DNA from: Eledone cirrhosa
Taxonomy: Eukaryota
NCBI GenBank assembly: GCA_964016885.1
Contig: OZ024743.1
Location: forward strand, 89,838,001 to 89,902,000
DNA: 64,000 nucleotides
Reading direction: 5' to 3'
The position numbers and the translations under genes were made by a program. The notes below the pieces were generated by a model that searched no databases, was not told the DNA's origin, and saw nothing but the letters and a program-made list of their open reading frames with translations. Shown in pieces: positions 53,783 to 64,000 of this stretch; within the stretch, counting starts at the first letter, position 1, and each line of letters opens with the position of its first letter.

Positions 53783-54051
53783 CACAACAGGAGAAAAAAT
53801 ATAACACCACTGACGATGTTGCAGATGTGCAACGAAAGATTTATGTAAATTATGTAAACTATATATATGTGTTTGTGTCTATATTGTATCTGTAATATTT
53901 TTGACCGTCGGTCAGTCAATGGCAACATTGAGGACCGAGTAAGTTAGATCGCAGATATAAAAGACAACGAGAAGCGAAAACCAACCAAACAGTGAGTGTG
54001 TTCTGTTATTAATTCTGGCAATATTACGCAAATATGACCCTCCCCAAGTAT

Positions 54052-54124
<73 letters not shown>

Positions 54125-54609
54125 TATGTACACGTACATACATATATGTATACAGACGTACAGTAGTATGTATATATATATATATATACACACATATATA
54201 TATGTACGTATGGATTCACCGAACATTTATTATAATGCTCGGTGTGTTTGTAAACAAATATCCCGAATTAAGCCGTACAATGTCTAGCAACCATCGTTGC
54301 TCATTTGTTCAACAGTGACAAAGGGACGCTGTACTAGTTTCAAGCTTATTAGCTATCGTCAGCAATGCATACCTTCCTGCCAGATGGTTGAACGTCTGAA
54401 GGTATATACATTCCTTATGCATATTAACAACTGAGCAGCCTAATTTGCATATCGAGTGAGTTAATCGGCCGGGGCACTGAAAACGATAAACGGAAAAAAT
54501 GAAATGAAATTTCATTTCTCGCTCTTAGTACGGCTGCTATTTAAATATAAGTATGTATACGTACATACATATATGTATACAGACGTACAGTAGTATGTAT
54601 ATATATATG

Positions 54610-54747
<138 letters not shown>

Positions 54748-54787
54748 CGATATTAATAAATGGAAACTATATTTATAAAACCATATT

Positions 54788-54852
54788 TATTTCATTATAC
54801 ATATTTCAAGGACATCAAGTTAAATTATGGTGTGCTTTCATCAGATAAAATA
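54788..54852 (-). ncRNA. Type I hammerhead ribozyme (3' pLTR copy)
   Basis: UAUUUUAU-CUGAUGA-AAGCACACC...GAUGUCCUU-GAAA-U(augu)A-UA-AUGAAAUA. Confidence 0.8.
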
Positions 54853-56312
54853 TAATATAGAACAGTTTTATAAATAAATATTGACATACCCTTAAAGAAT
54901 GCAACCATTACTGTTGGAAGCTCCCGGATAGTGGAGTTGTAGCTTTAATTATATTATTAGGTAAGTTAGTATTGGATATTTTTAAAATAAGCCATTGGGT
55001 TACGGAGACAGAGAAAGATAGAGAAGGAAAGAGAGAGAAAGAGCAGAACAACAGAGAGAGAAAGATAGAGAGAGAGAGGAGACAGAGAAAGGAGAGAGAA
55101 CGAAAAACTCTAAGTCATATCTTGTTGAGTTATCTTAACAATTGAGATGAAATGAATAAATAAAATTAGAAATGTTAATAATCATGAATGGAATATACAT
55201 ATATAATATGAGAGATTTAACCATTGTTTAAATATGATTAGATGTTTAGTTAATCAGTTAAATATTGAGATCAATATATTAAAAATTGGGATCTATATAT
55301 TATTATATTGTTAAATATTATATAACACGTATACACACGCAAAAATACATACATATAAATATATATACACACTTATAAAAATATATATACATATCTAACT
55401 ACGTATATAATATATACATACAAAACATAAAGGATTCTTTAATTTAAGATATATGAATCTTATAAAATCAGAGAAGGAAAATTATTTTATATAGTTATAT
55501 CAATGTTACAATTGTTAAGACATTAAAGGAAATTTTGTTATACATACTTTATGTTATTAAACAAAATTTTTTTATATAAGTTTTATAAGATTACCTGTTA
55601 TGTATTTATGGCTGTTATTATATGTCTATTTATCACGAATCTTGGGATAATCACTATACATAAGTGCAATCGAATTGTATGGATATACACGCACATGTAC
55701 ATACACAATTCCCACATATACATACATATATGTACCCACACAAATAGGTAGATACGCATTACGTATATATATACATACAGATAGACATACACGAATAAAA
55801 CATATGTACATGTATGTCAATACACACATATACATATATACACACATATAGAGAGAGAAGTATAATTGAAGTACATAAAATTCAAAAGAATTATATTACG
55901 ATTTGGAAATATAAGCAATATAACTTTAAAAACAATATAACTTTAAAATATTATAGAATATTTCAAGTTATAATTTCAAAATAATAGTTTGTTTAATAGA
56001 TTTAGTATAGAAATTTTCTACGTATATTTACCTTAATTTTATATTCATAAGAGAAATAAACAGAAACTTTGAAAGGATAAACTTTCGAAAATAGGAGAAA
56101 CTATCAAACAATAAAAAATAAAAAATATAAGAAATATTTTCTCCTTTCAAGAGCCCTCAGTATATTTCTCTAGAATAGTTTATTATATTTATTTATATTT
56201 AGGAAGAAAAGTTATTTTTACTTGAGTGTATAATCAGTCAAAAAAGATGAAGGAATCTAATGATTTATCGACAGGTTCAATATATTAATAGAATTAATAA
56301 ATTATTTATATA

Positions 56313-57935
56313 TTACATTTTAAATTTATATTTAAACGTTGAGTTTAATCTATGTCTCCAGCAACTGAATAAATTATTCCTTAAGTTCAGGGAATTTTTG
56401 GTCTTTAATATAAAGAATATTTCCTCTATACAAAGATCACAATTTTCTGAAGAGGAGTTAAAAGGAGTAGCTTTTGAAATAATATTCCAAATCAACGAAT
56501 ATTCAACGTTCTTTAGTTTGAGGTCCCATAATAGGCTAGATAGAGAAATTGAAAATTTTTTGTTTGGATCTGTAAAAGAATTTTTATGATTATTGAAGCG
56601 AGATTTAAACTCTGTGGAAGTGGATCCCACATAGTTAAATGAATTTAAATTAGTTTTTACATTACAATTATATACTATATTTTTAGCTAAATAATTGTTA
56701 TTTAACGGACAGTTAGATTTATTTCTACAGTTACATTTATCAAATTGGATATTGTTTGGGTTATTATTGGTATTTTGGTTAGGTTTTAAATTTCTATTAT
56801 TAATTCTATTAATATTTTGCGCTAAAATTTTGGTGGAAGAATAAGTTAATTTTATAGTATGTCTATTAAAAATTGAGTAATATCTATGTGTTCTAGGGAA
56901 GCATTTGTCAAGAGCTTTAAAAAATAGTTTAGCAATAGGGGTTTTAATATTTAATGAGAAAGGAGGAGCGAACCATAATATGTTCCTAGTTCTATTCCTT
57001 TTTCCGCTTTCGGAATTAATGTAAGGTTTTCTATTATAGTTGTTAAAATTGTTACAATAGTTAAAATTGTTACGATTATGGTTAGTTGTTATATTATTAT
57101 TATTATCAATGTATTTAATTTTATTTCTATACCCAGCTCTATCTAACGCTTCGTTGTAATAATGTGCTTTTTCATCAAATATATTCTTATTAGCTGAAAT
57201 TCTTGAAATTCGTTCCTGTACAGAGTTCACTATAGTATTTTTAACGGATCTGGGGTGATTAGAGTTAAAATTGACGTAGTTTAAGTTCTCATTTAGTTTG
57301 TGAAATGGATAATGAAGACATGTGTTAAAATTTAGTGTTACATCTAGAAAGTTAACTATTTTATGGTTATTCTCTATTTCTACTTTTAGATTAAGGTAAT
57401 TAAAAAATTGCATAATTTGTTTTCTTTTTCTATTTAGTTCACAGTTATTATTTTCTATAAGTAAAAGCATGTCGTCACGATATAAACCTCCGGTTATCTC
57501 AGGTATTTTCCTATGTAGAGAATTATTTATAAAGAGGCCCACAAGATCCGTTACCTGAGCGGAATCGGATGATCCCATAGTTATATCGAAGTTATTATTT
57601 CTATCTGTCCTAGTCCAGAGTTGGTTATTAAATTCTATTAATGTTTTCCGTGCCGATAATATAATGTGCATTTCATTGCTAGTTAGGTCTGTATGTTTAA
57701 ATGCGTAATATAGTGCTTTATTCAGTAGATTGGGAGTGATAGATGAGTAATAGTTAGCAATATTCAACTGAATAAACTTATTATTATAGTTATATTTAAT
57801 TTCTTTAAACCAATCGATAACTTCACTAGTTCCTTTCCATAATTTTAAATAAGATAAATTCTTAATTTGTGGTATTATTCTGTCTAGAATATTTTTGCTA
57901 AGTCTGTCTGCCAAGGTCAGATTTAGATGGTGCAA
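56313..57935 (-). CDS. Penelope-like RT and GIY-YIG endonuclease, 5'-truncated but open for 540 codons
   Basis: FDITMGS, GLYRDDML, VNFLDVTL, SNHP, WFAPPFS, CNCR..CPL, IVY..YVGST..FKSR, CDLCIEE, LNLR, CWRH. Confidence 0.92.
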   Translation of the reverse strand: MHHLNLTLADRLSKNILDRIIPQIKNLSYLKLWKGTSEVIDWFKEIKYNYNNKFIQLNIANYYSSITPNLLNKALYYAFKHTDLTSNEMHIILSARKTLIEFNNQLWTRTDRNNNFDITMGSSDSAQVTDLVGLFINNSLHRKIPEITGGLYRDDMLLLIENNNCELNRKRKQIMQFFNYLNLKVEIENNHKIVNFLDVTLNFNTCLHYPFHKLNENLNYVNFNSNHPRSVKNTIVNSVQERISRISANKNIFDEKAHYYNEALDRAGYRNKIKYIDNNNNITTNHNRNNFNYCNNFNNYNRKPYINSESGKRNRTRNILWFAPPFSLNIKTPIAKLFFKALDKCFPRTHRYYSIFNRHTIKLTYSSTKILAQNINRINNRNLKPNQNTNNNPNNIQFDKCNCRNKSNCPLNNNYLAKNIVYNCNVKTNLNSFNYVGSTSTEFKSRFNNHKNSFTDPNKKFSISLSSLLWDLKLKNVEYSLIWNIISKATPFNSSSENCDLCIEEIFFILKTKNSLNLRNNLFSCWRHRLNSTFKYKFKM

Positions 57936-58602
57936 TTAATCTGACTGGTAAATCTGTTTCCTTCTCTGATTTTATAAGATTCATATATCTTAAATTAAAG
58001 AATCCTTTATGTTTTGTATGTATATATTATATACGTAGTTAGATATGTATATATATTTTTATAAGTGTGTATATATATTTATATGTATGTATTTTTGCGT
58101 GTGTATACGTGTTATATAATATTTAACAATATAATAATATATAGATTTCTTAATATATAGATCCCAATTTTTAATATATTGATCTCAATATTTAACTGAT
58201 TAACTAAACATCTAATCATATTTAAACAATGGTTAAATCTCTCATATTATATATGTATATTCCATTCATGATTATTAACATTTCTAATTTTATTTATTCA
58301 TTTCATCTCAATTGTTAAGATAACTCAACAAGATATGACTTAGAGTTTTTCGTTCTCTCTCCTTTCTCTGTCTCCTATCTCTCTCTCTATCTTTCTCTCT
58401 CTGTTGTTCTGCTCTTTCTCTCTCTTTCCTTCTCTATCTTTCTCTGTCTCCGTAACCCAACGGCTTATTTTAAAAATATCCAATACTAACTTACCTAATA
58501 ATATAATTAAAGCTACAACTCCACTATCCGGGAGCTTCCAACAGTAATGGTTGCATTCTTTAAGGGTATGTCAATATTTATTTATAAAACTGTTCTATAT
58601 TA

Positions 58603-58667
58603 TATTTTATCTGATGAAAGCACACCATAATTTAACTTGGTGTCCTTGAAATATGTATAATGAAATA
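58603..58667 (+). ncRNA. Type I hammerhead ribozyme (inverted pLTR copy)
   Basis: 8-bp stem I, CUGAUGA at 58611-58617, stem II AAGCACACC/GGUGUCCUU, GAAA at 58648-58651, AUA triplet ending 58659. Confidence 0.85.
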
Positions 58668-58793
58668 AATATGGTTTTATAAATATAGTTTCCATTTATT
58701 AATATCGTATTTTTACTCCAAATAATTGTTGAGTGCTTTATATCAGTTATAAAAATATTTGATTGTTGCATCCCAACAATTTAAATAGAACTT

Positions 58794-58832
<39 letters not shown>

Positions 58833-58888
58833 GGAGGGTTAGTAAAATCGAATCTTTGGCGGTGTGCAAGCAAATTCGACCTACGATA

Positions 58889-58961
<73 letters not shown>

Positions 58962-59147
58962 TAGGCTATTGCCCGATATAGGTCTGTTATTTTCCTTAAT
59001 TTACTACTTAAAATTAAGTTAGACAACCATATTGCTGTAGTTAGTATTTTTTCACCCTAGCTAACCTAGTCCTTACGATTCGAACACATGCATGTTTATC
59101 TTAGTGTTCATCTCTCTTGTTTATTCACTTATATATGTATATATATG

Positions 59148-59178
<31 letters not shown>

Positions 59179-59291
59179 GTATATATATATATATGTGGAT
59201 GTATAGTAATAATAATAAATTTGAAGACTAAAATCCAAAGAGGGCTCGATAAGGATAAATATATATCAAATATATAAGAACCGTAGAGCAA

Positions 59292-59401
59292 ATATTTATT
59301 AAAATAACAGATTAAAGTTTAAGCAAAGGATCGCTGCTTTCACCCTTAACGTTAAGGGTGAAAGCAGCGATTCTTTGCAAAAACTTTAATCTGTTATTTT
59401 A

Positions 59402-59409
<8 letters not shown>
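59292..59409. repeat. 118-bp spacerless near-perfect palindrome
   Basis: Centred on CCCTTAAC|GTTAAGGG. Confidence 0.9.
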
Positions 59410-59477
<68 letters not shown>

Positions 59478-59740
59478 GGAAAAAATGAAACGAAATTTCA
59501 TTTCTCACTCTTAGTACGGTTGTTACTTAAATATAAGTATGTATACGTACATACATATATGTATACAGATGGTTGCTAGACACTGTACGGCTTAATTCGG
59601 GATGTTTGTTTACAAACACACAGAGCATTATAAGAAATGTTCGATGAATCCATACGTACATATATATGTGTGTGCATGTATGTATATATATATACATACT
59701 ACTGTACGTCTGTATACATATATGTATGTACGTATACATA

Positions 59741-59810
<70 letters not shown>

Positions 59811-59906
59811 AAAAATTATGACCCCGACGGCAGAGCTCAAGCCATTTCGACGTCCAGAAATAGCCGTCGAAACGGCTTGAGCTCTGCCGTTGGGGTCATA
59901 CTTTTT
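59811..59906. repeat. Hairpin with 36-42-bp arms in a 180-bp insert between (TA)n tracts
   Basis: TATGACCCCGACGGCAGAGCTCAAGCCATTTCGACG / CGTCGAAACGGCTTGAGCTCTGCCGTTGGGGTCATA. Confidence 0.9.
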
Positions 59907-59987
59907 TCTATTTCCCACTCTACTACCCTAAGTATTGAGTACTCTGGTGCGTTATTGTCCATCTGGTTCCTTACCACAATTCCTTTG

Positions 59988-60038
<51 letters not shown>

Positions 60039-60242
60039 CTCGGAAATTGTACCTGCTCTAGATAGATAGATATATATATTATATTATATTATGTTATATT
60101 ATATATTATTTCATACACGAAACGAAAGCCCTTCTCAATGTTCCGAGTCCCAGTTTTGACTACACCTCAAGAATACAAGAGGGATTAAAATAGTGACCTA
60201 TCTTCAGGCTCAAATACAAGTTTATAAGATGCCGTTGCCATT

Positions 60243-60812
60243 TAACCGACGGAGATCCAGCCACAACAATTCTCTTAAAAAATAATTCTTAATCGTCCGT
60301 TAAATGTTTCATAACATTTTAAACTAAAAATCTGTTTTTATCTCTAATGTTTGCAGTAACACCACTCTTTGTTTGTTATATTTAAATTCCTTTACAAATG
60401 CATTCCATCAAAAATGTCAGCTTTGTCACATTTTCCTGAGAACTACATTAAGAGTGCTTGTATCCATGGGATGCTCAGCCACATGCATATTAACTTCATG
60501 AGAAAAACTGTTCCGTTGATCGAACAACTGGATACCCGTGAGATGCTCAGTTAAGTCCACGTGGGATGCACGTTAAGTTCGCGAGAAAAACTCTTCTCCT
60601 TAATCGAACAACTGGAACACTCATCACCGTAACCGACGGAAGTCCAACGCCAACAACTCTCTTAGAAAATAATTCTTAATTGTCCGTTAAAAGTTTCATA
60701 AAATTTTAAAGCAAAAATGTTTTTTCATTCTCTGTTTTCATCAACACCACTCCTTATTTGTTATATTTAAGTTCCTTTACAAGTACATTCCATTAAAAAT
60801 GATTTTCCTGAT
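60243..60812. repeat. Diverged ~190-bp direct duplication (60243-60440 vs 60630-60812)
   Basis: Shared TAACCGACGGA...AATAATTCTTAAT.GTCCGTTAAA.GTTTCATAA. Confidence 0.7.
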
Positions 60813-61121
60813 ACTTCCCTTGATATTGTAGCTCTCTGTTTAATATTCCTAAACTGATCTTTCTATATCACTCTTGGTTACTTTAAACAGTCTTGCAATC
60901 TCTTTATCTTCCATTATTCAAATCTCATTCTTATATCTTTCCTTCCATTGAATTCCTCAGAGACTCTTTTACTTCGTATTAATTACATTACCAGACTTCT
61001 CTCCATATACACTTTTAATGCCTGCTAAAATATTATATATTTTACAGTTATGAATCAATGCGTTACATCAGAAGTTGCAAATACGTCATTTATATATGTA
61101 TATACGTGTTTGTTGTTGTGA

Positions 61122-61221
<100 letters not shown>

Positions 61222-62759
61222 GTGTGTGCATGTGAGTGTTTGTATATATGTGTGTGTGAGTGTGTGTGAGAGAGAGAGAGTGTGTATGTATGTGTGTTGG
61301 TGTATGTGTGAGTGAGTATGTATGTGTGTGTAAATGTGTGTGATTGTGTGTGTGTGTGTGTTTGGAAAGTCAAACCATTCATCGCTACCCCAATGATACA
61401 AGAACCGGACGGTGTAGAAGAACGCTCTCTCTCTCTCTCTCTCTCTCTTTCTATCTGGCTATATTTCGGGTAAAGACATCTCCGGCCTTTCATTTTCTGC
61501 TTAATTTAGTAAACTTGATCTTGAAATCCTTACCATTTAACAGACCTGAGTTAGTTTGAGAAATATTTCCAGCTACAAAAACTGTTGTCCCCTGAGGAAC
61601 AAACATATATTACTGGCAAATTGCATGACGAGTTCATGGCAGGTTGACATTATAGAAAAGTCAAAGGAATTTAATCTTAATGGAATGTCTCATCGACAAT
61701 TGAAGGCCATTTCCGGGTAGGTTATTTCTCTAGTTGTTAAAACGAGAAGGGGAAATGAATGCCAAAACGATCTCTTTTATCTAAAGTGGTAAATTGTTTC
61801 AGGTGTTTCAATTACTAAGTTAGATGTTTAGTTTCAATTGCAAAATCTAAAACCAGATTAAAAGCCTTGGTATTTGTTCCAGCACTCTGCGCTCTGAGTT
61901 CAAATCCCGTCGAGGTCAACTTTGTTTTTTTTTATTCTTTAGCGGTCGGTAGATAAAGTACCAGTCTAGAAGCGGTAATTGTTAAGGAGTCGAACAAGGT
62001 GCTTTATAGTATCTGATCAGGCTCTGAGCGTAAGGAATTGAAATTCTGCTCTTTCTACCAAAAGGTTGCGACCGTCAGATATTATCTGCAATGAAAACCC
62101 TAATAGAAACATTGTTTCCTTGATCCAATCTAACTATCGGTTCCTTTCCTTTCTATTTTCTTAATAGATAAAAACAACAACAGAACTATTTAAAATCTAT
62201 AGTTAAGCAATGGTTGAGTTAACGTGACGAGACCCGCTTGTTTGATCATCTTAAGAAAATAACTGTCATTCAGTTAAGTAATTAAGTTGTTAGCAATATT
62301 TTTCTAATCGTTAGATTATTATCGTAAGTCTAATTAGATTTAACAGAATCGTTAACTGAAATTTAAAACAGCATTGGTTGATGAAGCCATGAGCAATGTA
62401 ATCTTTACGTGGATGATGGTGCAGCCTTGCTCTCCCGTGAGAAAATAACAGCTGTCTAATGATGGACAAGGAAAGATAATAGACATTTTTATATAATTTA
62501 TTTATTTATTTATTGTAATAATTATTTCAAATGTTTTTATTATAATCATTTATTAATTAAAAGTGATTTTTTTTTTATTTTACTTATCAAAATCTGTTAC
62601 ATAGTTGAAGACAAATAATGATGTTTTGATATTTTAAAATCATTTTCTTCCGAGTAAAACAGTCAGTGTCCATTACTTCTGCAAACCGTTGTAAGCAGGT
62701 GAAGTTCAGGTGGATGATGTCCGTTTCAATTTTCCTCTGCTGACAAATTTTGCACAATA

Positions 62760-63345
62760 TTTGATGTAGAATCTTTTAATTATAGAAAGCGAGAAAGCTA
62801 ATGCCAGAAGAACAAAAGATGTGTGAATGCAATAGACTAACACAAAAGGAATACTACTGGAGACATCATGATATTGCTCGGATCGTGCACTGGAAGTTGT
62901 GAGATAAACATAATCTGAGCAGGACAGACAACGTGGTGCCAGTACCAGCCTGATCCAGTGGTAGAGGCAAAAGAAGTGAAAATACCTTGGGGTTTTCAAG
63001 ATCCAATATGATCACGAAACACATGAGAGAAGACCTGAGATTGATGCTGTGGATAAGTGAAAATACTTTGCTGGATAACTGGTGTAACATCGCCGAAGGA
63101 TAAGAGAGTATGTGGAAAAAAGTAAAAGATTGTGCAAAGAGAGATTTACAAAACGGTGAGAGGAGGATGACATGAAACAAGGTTGAAGACATGCCAGATA
63201 TAGTAGTTGGGAAAACAGTAACAACTAAAATGAGAGCATGGATTGTGAAATTTGGAACTGGGATCTGTAGAGAACATCTTCAAAAGACAGCAATATTAGG
63301 AACAGCTTGGATCATGAAGAAAGTTCTTGAGATATAAATAAATAA
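62760..63345 (+). mobile_element. Decayed R4/Dong-like endonuclease 3' fragment
   Basis: RHHDIARIVHWKL, YQPDPVVE..KI, RRPEI; ends in (TAAA)n(GAAA)n. Confidence 0.7.
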
Positions 63346-63352
63346 ATAAATA

Positions 63353-63388
<36 letters not shown>

Positions 63389-63414
63389 AATTTGAAAATC
63401 TCTTAGTCCTTTTT

Positions 63415-63766
63415 TATGTCTCACTACTGCGTAGACGACCACCAGTCTAAAAGCACTACTTTCGATTTTGCCTACATCCAGGACCACCAACTTATCATCG
63501 GGGACTGGTAAGATCGTCCTTACTTCGAGATCTAGACCTTTCCTAAATATCACTGCCACCCTGCCTCCCATTCCATACCAACTAAGTGATGCGTAGATCT
63601 CAAAGTCGACAAGAATAGGGGCTAGAGCGCGCGTGTCGGAAATCCTGGTCTCGCAGACAGTAGTCATATCCTGAGCTAGTGACCTAGGGTCGTTGAACAA
63701 GCGACCTTGCTTCCAGGATGACCCCAAGCCATGCACATTTATACAACCTACTCTTAGAATTGCCAC
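63415..63766 (-). mobile_element. L1/Tx1-like LINE ORF2 N-terminus (AP endonuclease), decayed
   Basis: LRVGCINVHGL...D...VCETR...GGRVAVIFRK...FRLVVVYA. Confidence 0.75.
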
Positions 63767-64000
63767 GCTGGCTGGTTAGAATTAAGAGAAAAAAAAGAGG
63801 GGACTACTTATCCTCCGGGTACTGTTGGAGATCGGGTGATTCGATCTCCATATCTCGTTGGGTTCCTTTGGTAAACCTTTTAAAGGCCTACTGATAGCCT
63901 TTATGCTGGGAGTTCCTACGTCGTAGATGAAGTTCTCCTTAATATTTTTTTTATATTTTTCCAGGGACACGCGGACAATTATTAATGTTTTTGCACTTTA

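Noticed and set aside
56313-57935. Selenocysteine recoding as reported for some Naiad PLEs
   Set aside because: The visible ORFs have no in-frame TGA at Cys positions; the TGAs in the 4470-5025 fragment fall at non-Cys sites of a decayed copy; no SECIS identified by eye
60140-60215. Minus-strand CTGAAGA hammerhead candidate (similar one at 51360-51410)
   Set aside because: GAAA core or stems missing; indistinguishable from chance

Overview
AT-rich, microsatellite-saturated eukaryotic DNA. The SINE/LINE/PLE content and the density of (TA)n/(CA)n/(CATA)n suggest an octopus-like cephalopod (inference). No intact host gene is recognisable, and most listed ORFs are translations of simple repeats. 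The window holds: a full-length but decayed Gypsy/Ty3 LTR retrotransposon (44508-50389, minus; CATA TSD, tRNA-Trp PBS, -1 gag-pol slippery site); three Penelope-like (Naiad-type) RT/GIY-YIG fragments, two with inverted terminal structures; R4/Dong-like, CRE-like, RTE-like and L1/Tx1-like LINE fragments; >20 tRNA-derived SINE copies; and several satellites. The most striking signal is a set of eight hammerhead-ribozyme motifs read by eye. Three have fully canonical cores, two share a CCGAnGA (U4C) core and three are partial. They lie in Penelope pLTRs and in tiny 100-330 bp non-coding inserts within (TA)n tracts. Also notable are a 32-nt tRNA-Trp PBS, a satellite born from a SINE tail, and several plus-strand exon-like islands that may be a decayed host gene.
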